Positions 24,936-37,300 of a stretch of DNA of 64,000 bases are shown here, piece after piece (the first letter of the stretch is position 1; each line of letters opens with the position of its first letter). The notes under the pieces were generated by a model. It saw only the letters and a list, made by a program, of their open reading frames with translations, was not told where the DNA came from and made no database searches. The translations under genes were made by a program, and so were the position numbers. Source of the stretch: Raillietiella orientalis. Its lineage: Eukaryota. The DNA lies in contig JAYWIR010000005.1 of NCBI GenBank assembly GCA_036172245.1, forward strand, positions 4,402,001-4,466,000. The letters run 5' to 3'.

Positions 24936-27799
24936 TATATATTTGTGGTCCCCTCCCTTCCGTTTTGGATTTTCATGGCGCCCCAAGCATGAGTGTTGGG
25001 AAGCCCTCCCCTTGAACCCCTTATCCCTTATTCTGGGAACCTGGTTCCTGGATGTTTGTTCATTTTTTTGAATAAACGCCCCGACGCGACCGGGTGATAA
25101 ACGAATTGGCTTGCCGTAGTTCTTCTCTTGGAACCTTCAGAGGCAGTCTGCAGACTCTCTGCCACCATCTGAAGTTGTTGCAAGCGCCTTCGTATCACGG
25201 TAGTGTAACGAATATACGTGCGTATACATGTACCAAAGTGAAGCGACAGCAGATTTACCCAGTGGGTCCATACAGTGCTCCTCGGATAAATGCATTCAGG
25301 GGGACTCCTTTCATCCTACAGCCATCGGAAATTTCATTGCTGGCGGCGAGCGACCACCTGAGGCTGGCAAGTGTAGGGATCATCCTCCTGCATCCGTACG
25401 GGGAACACTAGGAAGAACTGACACGCAAATTCGTGGTACGTCCTGCTTGCACCGCGCTCTTCGCTCTCTCGAAAGGTTCGAAGGCAGAATACTGGTGACG
25501 AGCCTCCCGATACTGCAGAGTTCAACAGTGTCCTCTTAGGAGATGATGAACCCTGCATGGTTTGCGGTTTCTCTTCAGGACATTTTTGTTTCCGAGTTTC
25601 TCCAACGGCCACTCCTCCCTCTCCAGTTCAGCAGCGCCTGACCGACGGCCTTTAAGTCCTTTCGGTCTCGGAAAAGAAACGTAGGTGTCGGCTGGAATGA
25701 AATGAGGACACAGAAGGGAGTCTCCAGGGACCCTTCTGAAGTGGCGTCTGCGCTGAGGTTGCTCCCACCTCCCTCACTCTGCAAATAAAGCGTCCCCGTC
25801 CTCGGAAGAACGAGGGATCGAAATGCCCTCTGAGAACACCAGAGAAATAACGGGCTGGGGAGCAGCCGACAAAAAGAGATCCCTCTTGTGCCAAGTGAGG
25901 TGCCCAGGGAAGGGCGCAGAACGCGCAGACTCCTCCAGCTGAATGCTTGTGAAATAGGTGACCCGATCTCCACATGCTGCGACCACGGATGTGGTGGCCG
26001 CCTGGAAAAGACAATTCGGCCAGGTGCAGAATAAACTCGACATTTTCCCTGTTCGTCCCCACAAGCGCGACCGCATCCGCATTCACGGGAGCACGTGGCC
26101 ACAGGGCAGGAGGCGAGTCACGTCGAAGAACCTCTTCCCTTTTCCCAGGCTCCTCTTCCGTCAAGCTCGCCTCGCCGCCTAGCAGGGTAGCGCATTCCGG
26201 CGGGGTATCGCCGGAACGCGTGGAGGGATCCCTCAAGGTTACTTGGGAACACATACGGGAAACTATCCCCTCCCCCTGCCCCTTCCCCGGAAGCGGGCAA
26301 TGCTGCAGCCGCTGAGGGGGAAACAGAGTCTTCTGCCCGAGGGAAGGATGCAGTCGGACGGGAACACCTTCCCGGGAGAAGAAAGCCGGGAACCAGTGAA
26401 ACCCCACTCCTCTGAGAGAACAGGACAGATTTGGTGCCGGGAGGGGAGGTGGCTTGAAAGGAGCCGGGAGCACTCCGCGGATGCTGGACACCTCCCTCTT
26501 GCAGCATCACTGATCCCGGAGGCAACCTGGTCCTTCTCGAGCTCGCCTTCACACCGCCGATTCAAGGACTTTCCCTCCCTCCTTCTTGCCTTTGCCCCTT
26601 CCTGAGACTGACCTGGAGAGTGGACTGTCACTCAGAGTGAGCGACTCCACCGCAGACGGGCTGGGAGGATCCTGTGGAGTGCGCGCGGCAGCGGCTTCCC
26701 CTCGCGGCGAACGCCACAGGGCACATCCGGGAACAACACGACCAGAGGAAGAGCCCCACGGCGCGGGGGCGGACGGTTTTCCTCCGACCCAACCCGCGAA
26801 GAATGGGGAAAGGGAGGGACAGGCGTCGCTTCTCTTCGACCTCCCGCGGTCGGGCGGACGAGGTCACCGGGGACGCGCTCCTAGCGGGAACCCCCTTCCC
26901 GTCGAGAGTCCCCCTCCCGAAGTGGGAAGCGCGGTCGTCGAACTTCCTTTATTCCCACGCTCCCGTTGCTAGGGAGACCGGTCGTCACGCTCGAAGAGAC
27001 CGGAAGGGGCAACTCGAACGCTGCCGGTGCCGGGAAGGCGGGCAGGAGAGGCGACGCCTCCGGAGGGTTCTCCGGGAAACCGGGAACTTCCGGTCCTTTT
27101 AGCGCGTTCCCGCAGGAAGGCGCACGCGGTTCCTCGACGAGGAAAAAGAAGACTTACGTCGCAGCTCCGCCGTAGACGGACGGGAAGCCGGGAAGAAGAG
27201 AAGCGTTTTCCGGGACTCGCTCTCTCTCCCGAGGGGGACTTCCCTCAGGGAAGGCACGCACCCGAGATGAACCTGCACTCTCACTCCGAAGGGGTGGGGG
27301 CCGGGAGCCGAAACGGTGGCAAGGCTCCTTCTCGCCCTATCGCAGAAGCAGAAGGGTCCGGGAGAGCTCCGAGCTCCCCCGCCTTCTGAACGTCCCCGTG
27401 ATGGCGAAAAGGGCGGCGGACAGAGCGAGGGTGGGCACCATTGCAGTCCGCTACTCCTCGCTCCCGGCCCTGTTTCCATGGAGGCACCGTGGTGCCGCCC
27501 GGCCTCAGGAGGCGCTTTCCGTCCGTCCTCGAGTGACTTTCCGCAAGCTTCCTCGTTCCCCCTAACCGTCTGCCTGGAGCCGATCGAGGGGCACGACTCC
27601 CTTCCGGACTCTCGAAAACAAGTCCCCTGCGGCGCCACTTCATCCTGGATTTGCTTCACGCAGCCCGGAGGGTCACACGGAAAAAGTGGACGGCGCGCTC
27701 CCGGCGAGTCTAGGGAGGAAGGAACGGCGTCGCTCCTGGCCAAAGAAACCTGGAAGACCGCCGGAAAATTGCAGCGGGAGGGAACGCGGGGAGACCGCC

Positions 27800-28120
27800 C
27801 GCCCGAAGAAATCCGCGACCCGGAAGGTACGAAGCGACGGGAGGAGGTCGCGCGACAGCTGCGCCTGGAAAGGCCGGACGTCGCGCCCGAGATTAAAGAG
27901 GACCCGGCTGGGCCGCGGATCCCCTCGGGCGTGGTTTCGTCCCGCCTCCTCCCGCTCCTCCCCCTGGCCGTGCTCCAGCAGGGCGCCGCATCTTCCACAG
28001 CTTGCTGCGGACGAGGCGACGCGCGACCCGGGGACGCCAAGGAATCCTGGATGCACCGCCTCAGGGACGGAACGCGGACCGACTGGAGGGACGGCCACAG
28101 CTTCTCCGCTTCTGCGGAGC
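27800..28120 (+). pseudogene. Decayed ankyrin-repeat-like relic
   Basis: EEVARQL, VLQQGA and LRDGTRTDWRDGHSFSA in ORF 27316..28248. Confidence 0.3.
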
Positions 28121-28691
28121 GCTTCGCGGGGTGCAGCCACGAGAGGGAGCCACGGACAAGGCCCTTCGGAGAATGGGGCAGATGGAGGGAGAGGGAGTGG
28201 CTGAGGGCGTTCTCGCCTCCCCGCCGAGTGCGGCGGCAACCTCGATAAGTGTGTCCCCACAAATAGAGCCCGTTCCCCCGTCCGCTCGAGTCGGTTGTCT
28301 CGGACCGGACGTCAAAGCGGGTGGGTAGAGCCGGGATGCGGCGCCTCGCAGGACAAACCCCGCAAGGTCCATCGGGAAGGTCACCCACTTCCTACCCAAA
28401 GGGGAGGAGGGAAGCAAATGAAACGGCAGGCCGCCCATCTCGATGAACGCCACCCGTCCTTCTCGAGCGGGCGCAACTCTCCGCCCTCAGGCACAGGAAG
28501 GAGCAGCTGGTCTCCTGACTTCGGGGCTCCCCCACCGTTCGAACACGCGCCGACCGGCTTGCCCGGAAGGAAAGGGGAGCGGGCAGGCGCCGATCACGCT
28601 GCTGAAGTATTTGGGATGGCGCCAGAGCCACGCGCTACGCGGGCGCCACAAGAGCGACTGACGCTCGGGATGGCGAAACCGCAGCGGAAGA

Positions 28692-29489
28692 ATGGGGTGT
28701 CCCACCTCCCAGTGGGGGCCGCGAGTGCATGAAGGGACAGAGGGCAGCAATGTGCCCGCGCGAACCGGGCTGCTTCCTTTCCGGAAACACCCAGGTTGCA
28801 CTTCGAGAGCGGAGCATCGCACCTCCCTCCGGGCGAGAGCCGCACCCCTAAGGGCTGCCTTCGCAACTTCCCAGTTGTCTCAGCTGCCGAAAAACCAACC
28901 GCGAGTTGTGCTCCCCAAAGACACCATCCTTGGGTCCGAAGAGAGGGCGAGGACGGGAGCTGAGCACAACGCTCAGAGGAGGCCGTGCCCATGGGGAACG
29001 AAAGTTTCCCGGAGGCCTCGTCTCGGGGTCGCGGGCTACCGCCCGAGGCAGTACCCGCGTCTCGCGAATCGCCGAGAGTCTGTGAAGGGCGGTGGCACGG
29101 AATGCGTCGACGCGATCCTCGGAGTGGGCACGATACGCACGACCCCCATTGCAGGCGCGAGCGCCGAGGGCGACTCCTCTGCACCCGACGACGACAAGTC
29201 TCGCCTGAGCCCCCCGGCGTTGAATCTGCCAACTGTCTCGCTCCAGTTCCTGCCTGAGCAGCCGTGCTTCAGAGACGGCGCGAGCCATTCCTTCGAGCCC
29301 CACCCCTGCTGGGCTGCCCTGGCCGAGCGACGTGGGGCGGCCGACCCCAATCGGCAGACAAAAGACCCTCTTTGTGCGAGTCGATCCGCAGATCAAGGAT
29401 GGCAACAAGCAGCGGAAGTCGAAAGTTTCGGCGGAGCAGCTGCGTCTGTTCCCGACAAGGGAAAGCGCGTGTCCGTTTGGACACCCTGA
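28692..29489 (+). pseudogene. Ankyrin-repeat-like relic in an open 265-aa frame
   Basis: GGTECVDAILGVGTIRTTPIAGASAEG and RRGAADPNRQTKDPLCASRSADQGWQQAAEVESFGGAAASVPDKGKRVSVWTP*. Confidence 0.45.
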
Positions 29490-29739
29490 CACCCCGGCTG
29501 AAGCTGCTCGTCCACAGGAGATGCCGCCACGCAGCAGCGCGGGTCCACGATCACTCGGAAAGGGGAGGAATTCCCTTCTCGCGCTAGGAAGCCCCTTACC
29601 CCGTGCAAACGAGCGTTGGTTACCTGGGTTCGCGGAGACCGACATTCCAAGCACTTCGGAGCCGGCAGAAACAAGGGCGGGGAGAAGGGAGGACGGGGAG
29701 GGGGGACGGGGGGGGGACGCTCCAAACGACATCGTCCTG

Positions 29740-29745
29740 TTTATT
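29740..29745 (-). terminator. Candidate polyadenylation signal (AATAAA) of the MOXD1-like gene
   Basis: First canonical AATAAA I found downstream of the stop (~1.3 kb), followed by GT-rich tgtcgtttgg; coincides with the switch into the GC-rich flank. Confidence 0.4.
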
Positions 29746-31040
29746 TTTAGACGTTCTGCTTGAAGCAGTGGCATGTCGAAGACTGTTCGGGCGGTGGACG
29801 CATTACGAGACAAAAAGCAGCAGCCTCGACAACCACGCGGAAACTTGCTCTGTGCTGCTAATAAGCTCTCAGATCCACGGAGTCGATACCGATGATTTAC
29901 TAGTGGCGCGATGCTGCGTTCGCAGCTTCAGAAATTCATATCAACCGCAGCCAAGTTTTCCTCAATCCAGAGGGGGTTTTTTTTTTTTTTTTTGCTTTCT
30001 AAACAAAGTCTGTGCTACCAGATTAACTGGAGGCTTACATCCCTGCTTCGTCTTGCGAAACTACTCAAGCTTCAAAACTGGAGCGGAGTTCTGGAGTTCC
30101 TGAGGTAAAAAATCTCGCTGGTTCCTGCATGCTCCCGAAGTGACGCTTACCCATACTCACTCCCGACTTTGCATCTGAGGATACGGAACCAGAAGATCCC
30201 GGAAACCTCGTTGACGGAGATGCTGGCGGAGCAGGAGGATGACAAACGGCAACCGAAGCAAAATGCGTCGACGGTTCTAGAAACCCGAAACTGAGACCAT
30301 CCTCGCATTCCGTTCACAGGGGGATCCCTTTCGAAAGATGCAACCCATGCGAGCAGTTCCGTAGCAGAAAAAGCACGCAAACTTTTCTCTTCCAGAAGGA
30401 AAATTCCCGGCGACGTGGCTCTCCCGCCTACAAATACTCGATCTGGTCGTTGCTAGACAACGATTCCTAGTTTTGTCCTTTGACCGACTGAACGGTAACA
30501 ACGGAGGAAGCACGGCCTACTTGGGAGTCCAGGCTACTGTGCGGATGAACGTCCCATCCCACCTTGAGGTGGGTCCGGCTCCTGAGACACGTGGATCCGT
30601 CTAACAGCCGTGCAATGGAGTAAACAAAAGCAAACGCCGAGCACCGACGCAGTTCGGCGATGGCTGGACCAACCGGCTCGTGCTCAAGCCGGTCAGCAGT
30701 CAGCCCCTAAGAATCGAAAAGAATCCTGTGGAAGCTGCAGCCTGTGGCGCAGGGAAAGAGCGATTCCTTTGGACCGGCAAGCGAAGAGGCGCAGGCCCTC
30801 TTGAACTCTTCAGCAAGGCTGGCAGTCCTGAAGTGTCTGCCTCTTACGGCCACGTTGCGTGGGGACGCAGGGACAGTCAAGCAGGCGGAAGTACGGAAAA
30901 TAATGTATTCATCTTCTAATAAAATCGAACTTTCGCGAAGATAAAATTTTTGGCACAGGGATGCTGCGAGTGCACGCGCAGCCATGAGTTCGCAACGTGT
31001 CTCATCCGCCAGGAATGGGGGATGCGAAGCCACTGATTTA

Positions 31041-31370
31041 TCACAGAACGAGCCGGGTAACCCAGCACACAGCCACCGTCCACACGTGATGGGACGACGC
31101 GGCAGCCGGTGAGCTGACCGCGTCGATGTACACGTCTCTTATCTCAATAAGGCCACCACCGGGGTTTCCAATGTTCGTCCAGCGGGGACTGCTCAAGCTG
31201 CTACTGGTGTGGCTGAGCATGTCGCCGCTGCTGTTGCCAGTGGAGCTGGAGCGGGCAGGCACGAGTTTCGTCTTCCTCCACCAATCCTCGTCGCTGGGCC
31301 ACCGGCACGGATCACGATCCACGAACGAATGCTTGATATCGGGATACGACGACAGCAGGGTCTCCGTTCC
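31041..31370 (-). CDS. MOXD1: MOXD1-like exon 10 (Ser-rich stalk, hydrophobic GPI-like tail, stop)
   Basis: ctgctttccag|GGA after a 47-nt intron; GTETLLSSYPDIKHSFVDRDPC...DAVSSPAAASSHHVWTVAVCWVTRLVL*. Confidence 0.7.
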   Translation of the reverse strand, partial: GTETLLSSYPDIKHSFVDRDPCRWPSDEDWWRKTKLVPARSSSTGNSSGDMLSHTSSSLSSPRWTNIGNPGGGLIEIRDVYIDAVSSPAAASSHHVWTVAVCWVTRLVL

Positions 31371-34300
31371 CTGGAAAGCAGGATTGACCCCCAGGATGAA
31401 CGGATCGAAGGACGCACCGGAAGCACCACGCGTCCGCGCTCCCAGCACAATGGGTGGAACGACCCCGCCCGCGTCTCCGACTGGAAGTGCTCGAAGTTCT
31501 GCACCCACTCGTACGTGACCAAACGTTCCTCCAAGGTCATGTTTTTCAGGGAGGATGGGGACTTTATCTTCAGCGGCAAAGAATTACTGGATCGGGGTAA
31601 GAAAAAAAAAAAAAAAAACTCCTTCAAGGCACTCCCTTCTTCCCGGGGTACTCACGGCCAAAGTTCGTTGATGCCCAAAGAACGCAAGACCGTGGGCAAG
31701 GACGGCACGCTTTGGCAGACCGCGAGGGAAGTGCGCGGACTGTAATAGACGAAGGCCAGGCACATCTCTTCACGTGTCGAGAGGCCTCCCAGCGTGAGGG
31801 CCCGGCGTCCACTACTGTTGTAGACGCACTCGGTGATGAGTTCGTCGCCGGGCAGCACGCGGCTGTCGACTGCGCGGTACTCCTGGTAGTTGAAGTCGTA
31901 GTTGTCGTCACGGGCGATGGGCGGCAACTCGTAGCCTGCGCGAACGTGGCGCAGCCGCAGTCTCCTGCCTGATAGAAGCCATAGGTAGCGTGCGCTGGTC
32001 GCTCAGGGCGCATGTGACTGACCTATGGTGTGTGAGTGGAGGATCACGCCGAACACATGTATGCCCTCTGGAGGAAAGGCCTGCAAGGAGAGTGGCAGAT
32101 GGAAAATCCAGAAACCACGATGAAAAGAAAAACAACTGCTACCTGTCTGGTGCAGAGCCCGATGCAGTGACCTTCCGACGTTACTTCGGGATGCTGCGGA
32201 GGAATCAAGTGCTTCCAGTTGGGACTTACTCCCACCGACAGGACCCCTGCATCCGAGCTCCTCAACCTGGGAGTGTAGTACAGGCGGAGGCCCGAGCTGT
32301 CCCGCACCCACTGGTGCAAATTGGGATTGTCGTAGTGCGTCTCCATCAAATAATACTTGGCCCCTGACCTCGGATCCAAAGGGTAACCGGCATGGGGAGG
32401 GAGAGAAAACCCCTTGAAAGAGCAAAACGGTGGATAGAAAGAAACTTCCTCTGCCTGCTCACCTCGGATCCGACGGCCCACGCGGCAATGATGGAATTGC
32501 ACGTCAGCGCAAGAGGAGGCATGTTTGGCTGGTAGCAGCGGTGGCCCGGGGACGCGACCAGGTCCTCCAGACCAGCGTCATCATCGGAGGAGCACTCGTA
32601 CACGATCAGATGGTGGACGTATTGCTCATTGCCCACTTGGTGCAAGGGTTCGTACTGAAGGGAAAGTCAGGAGGAAAAACGAGCCGCAGGGGAGGAACGA
32701 CGAGACGCGAGCGCCCCGAGGGACAGCTGTTCCGAGCGCGGCGGCGCAACCTCGGCACATACCGCGGAGCGCACAGCCACGATGCGACATGAAGACTACA
32801 GGTGGAGCGAGACGAAAGGAAGCGGCTAAATCACAGGAGGCCTGAATAGGCCGAGCTGTCAGCTCACAAAGATGGCGCTGCCACGGGTAAACAAGTAAAT
32901 CACACGGCTTTCCCCGATAAAATCGGTCCGGTGCCGTTCGAACAATTCGGGTGGATTTGACGGATGGCGTTCGGTCGCCAGGAACGCAGGTCTTTATTAA
33001 AGGAGCCACGTCCGCGGACCCTTGCCTTACACGGACGGTTTCAACAGGAGCCAAAAAGTTCCTGGACGTCTTTCTATGATTCACGTTTCCCGGAATTCCA
33101 TCGGCGGCAGCGGAAGGAGCGATAACACCCCATCCGCTCTTGACGTTTACGAAGCATCCCGCGAAGAAGAAAGAAAGGAAAAGAGCGCCAACGAGGGACC
33201 GAAGCCACAATGATGGCCCTTAGCATTCCGGGGAGGACGAAGCGAAAGAAGACAAATCGAATCGGAGCCCCGAGCCTGCCAGAAATGAATACCCCTCACG
33301 ACCCTCGGCTGCTGCTCAACAGCTTCGAGCTGCGTGGGTGAACAGAAACAGTGCAGGGGGAGGAAGAAAGGTGCAAGCGGTTGAAAAACTCACCCGAATC
33401 ATGTGGTGCTTCCTCGTCATGGGCGGCATCCGGAAAACTTTGCACCAGTATAGCGTGTCTTCGTTTGGAGGCAGCAGCACCTTGCGAAAGAAACAGAAGT
33501 GCATCACTACATGGAAAGAGGCGTTGGGACATGGGCTCGAAGGAACTCTGGGCAGACGGATCGATCGATTCAGCAACATCCATCTCCATTTGTCGCATTA
33601 AAGGGGACCACAGGGATTATCGCTTGAACAGCAGCCATAACGTGCTCTCTCTCTTTCCCATCGTTAGCGCTTCGAAAATCTTTGCGACATCAGCGGCAGG
33701 CAACAACAACACACGTGCAAGAGGTGCGCTTTTTTAATCAAAGATGAGGGTGCCTCATTTCCGGAACAGCGCAGCTTTGTGCTGTGGACAGAAAAGGGGG
33801 AGGGGGGCGAGAGCGGTCCATAAAAAAGCTACGACAATAAAAACACAGACACACACACACACAAAAAAAAAAAAACAAATCCTTCGAAAGGATGCTGCAT
33901 CTCCGAAAGAGGCTGACCCTTGATGCACATCAGGGGGACGCAATGAGGAAAAGAAATCGAAAGCTCGCACTCCGTGCGGACACCGGAACGGAAGACTCGA
34001 AGAACGCCTAAGTGAACGACGGGCGGGCACAGAATGGGTAGAAGACGATTTCGCTTTCTCAAATGGTCTAGAAGATCTTTCGACAAAATATTCGCAGACC
34101 AGTTTTTCCATCAACAGCCTCGTTTGCCAGCTCCTTTTCAGCCAAACCATTCACCTTCGGTCACATGGTGCAGCAGTTCCCATGGTGACCAAAAAGTTGC
34201 TCCGAACCCCATCCAAACGAATCACGAAGCCATCAGGAGAGGGAGGGGGGGGAGGGGGGAGCTAGCGATCAACAAACAAAAGAAGGCCAAGAAGTCGCTA

Positions 34301-37300
34301 CTTCAGAATGTATCAAACCGTTAACAGTTTAATGCTCTCTTCTACACAGTCGACGGCTCAAGGAGGAGCTGGCGACTCCGTGAGCGATCCCCTCGTTTAG
34401 CGCGCGAATTCTATCGGCAATCCTTTCTTTGTTAGTCCTTTTTCTTTCTTTCTTTCTTTTTTTTTTTTTTTTTTAAGTTCATTTACGGTGCAAGGTCATC
34501 TGAAAAAATACTGCTTTGGTAAAAAAAAAAAAAATGAAAAAGAAAAAAGAGCGCGACAAAAAAGAGGAAAAGAAAGGGGGAGGGGGGAACTACAAGAATT
34601 TCTGCTTGAGACCGTGGACCAAAAGAGACCACAAGCGTTAATCGTTTAGTCTGGAAACTTCAATCAGCAACCAGTGTGATGTTATTGCGTTCTTCGCAAG
34701 AAAACTTATCGCGAGATTCCAGCAGCAAGAGAAGAATCTTCTGCATCGAAGGAAGGAGGACGAAGTTTTACCTTCGACCTGCACGTTGTGTCTTAAATGT
34801 GACGGAAATTCACAATTACAATTCGACACTGGTGCGCGGAACATCCACCACAGCCGAAAGAGAATATTCTGGAGATGATGCGCATCATCTGACGCTCCAA
34901 TTATTTAGAAGAAATTAAGTAAAGGGATCGTAAAACCAGGAACACGGGAACATTTGTGCGCTTTCTAAATTGGATCTCCACCTCCGTGGAACATACCGAT
35001 TACTCTTTAAAACTCCATCATAAGCTCGTTAGTTTTAGTGCACGTTTCCGGGCACGCATCCAATAAACGTCAATGATTTCGAGCACTGGAGAAAGGAGAT
35101 TTTTTAGAACATTGAAACTCTTGCTTCTATCCATGGGAACAAAAGGAAGAAATGCGACACTGAATCGGCACGGCTGGATTCAGGAAATGTTACCAAGAAA
35201 TCATTACCGCGAAAACGGTTACACCAAAGCGTTGGAAAATAGATCACCATCAAAATTCTACACCCAGAAAGGAAAAAAAAAAAAGCCTTGACGAAAGTCC
35301 CCCCCGAGATAAAACCAAGGAAACTGGTACGAAAAGCCCAGGGTCCGAGGAGAACAGTGAGAGACTCGTGAAGACAGATGAGGTGAGAGAGGCAACTGAA
35401 AGTTTCGGGCTTGAAATTATTCAAATGGTCTGAAGCAGGAACAACAGTCCGAAATGCATTCCCCGAAAGTCACGGCGCAAGGAGGGAAAAGGAGGTTTTC
35501 CTGAAAAGCAAACAAGACGCTCGCAGGATGAATAGCGATGCGAACCACTGCTTTCCATACCAGACAGCTGTAAGGAACACGCAGTGGTCGCGGACCCTCC
35601 CGAAAAGACGAAGGTCATCCACCAACAGATTCCTAACGGGTCAATATTTCGAAAAGTCCAATTTGCACGAATCGCAGGCATTCGGAAGAACGACGGCGGA
35701 AAAGTTCACGCACGAATCCTGGAGCTCCACCGGGCGGCAACACTCCGAAGGGGGTTATCAGCTAATAGGTACGTAATAGCATCGTGATAGATCATCTCTT
35801 CCGTGCATGTGAAAAAGCAGATAAGCATGCGTGGCTGTTGGCATTGCCACACTGAAACGATACTTTCAAAACGCCGTAACGTCGCCCGGGAGTATACAGA
35901 AAGAATTCAGTGCAGTGAGCAAACAATCTTCCGCGAAGAGCAGCTGCCATTATGGTGGTGGCTGCTATGATGATGAAAAGTGGGGAGGAAGCCCATGAAC
36001 GAACAAATGAGAAAGCTGGGGGAGGCGATTCGGAAAGAATGAGTTCTTTCACTCGCAGAGATGGATAAATTCGAATATTCTTTTCGCGCTCGTGTGCAGG
36101 CGCAGCCCAGAGTGCGAATCCGACCGTTTTGTCGGAACAACGACGACGGCAATTTATTATGTTTTCTGGTTTTCGAATGCGCGTAGGAATGCAGTCGGTC
36201 CATGCAGACACTGCTATTGCCTTTGAAATGGTTCCTCCCGAGACATGCAATCGTTTCTTTGGGAACAAACTTCGGCAAGCATCAAAAACAATCATCAAGA
36301 TGAAAATTACCTCTGAATTTTTCAGATCCCAGATGAGAAGATCAGTAGTGGTAGGCAGTTTCTGTGATAGACGATTCAAAAGAAAGATACTTTGTGAGCC
36401 TCTTTGGAAGGGACCGTGATAATTACTGGAACCCAGTTTTTCATTCACATCATCTTTGCCGTATGCATAAATCAAACGAAAAGTGCTGTTCTGATGAGAG
36501 GGGAGGCAGAGAGTGGAAAAAAAACAAAAACTGAATTAATGTTGGAGGCAATTTACAAGTCAGCTTTTCAACACCCATCACAACATCCCCGTGCTTGCAT
36601 ATGCAAGCAAGAACACTGAAATGCAAAAACCACACACACACACCCGTGGCCGTTTTGCAATCCGCAAACGCGCACACGGCACGGCAGCAGGATTTCCTGT
36701 GCACACGAAACAACCCGTGACCACGCCGACGCCCCCCCAGTCACTGCGTTCTGGGACGCTTTGGATGCTGCACGGCTGAACGAAGAAACCACGAATCGCC
36801 TGCATGGATCCAGGTGGTTTGGGGGAAACCTTTCCTTAAACCGAAAATTCCATTTCCCATCACGTACTCGAGGTCCAAATCAAAGCCGGCAGGGCACTGT
36901 CTCCGCACCAACTTCTCGAATTCACCTGACCAGGTGCCCAATGAATTACCTAATGGCACCACCACGCGGGTCTCACCGCAGTGGGTTTCTTCTTCTTCTT
37001 CATCACACGAACCGCCGCTCTCCACGTTCCGATGGGGGGGGGGAGAGGTGCCCTGAAGATCGATAGCAAACGAAAAACGAATAATCGGTACAAAACTGCC
37101 TATTTGGCACGAGCTGAAAAACCTGTCACATGACGAGAAAAACGCAATATTTTCATAACGAAACGGGAAGCCTGCTCCCCGCTCCGACACCGTGCTGGTT
37201 GCTCAGCTATTTCTGCAATTCGTGGTGTAGGACCCGGGAGAGCACGCACATCGCCTTTGGAATTAACTGCCGTCTATCACGACGCACAGAGATCTATTTA

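Noticed and set aside
23606..26049. LTR retroelement interpretation (TG start, 5-bp flanking repeat)
   Set aside because: No CA end, no long terminal direct repeats, no gag/pol remnants recognised.
27099..28388. 429-aa minus-strand ORF and other long ORFs in the GC-rich flanks (e.g. 13680..14927, 28848..29813, 59737..60726, 60905..61981) as intact genes
   Set aside because: R/P/G/S/A-rich, overlapping in several frames on both strands, no coherent domain; expected from scarce stops at high GC. Only embedded ANK-like fragments were kept.
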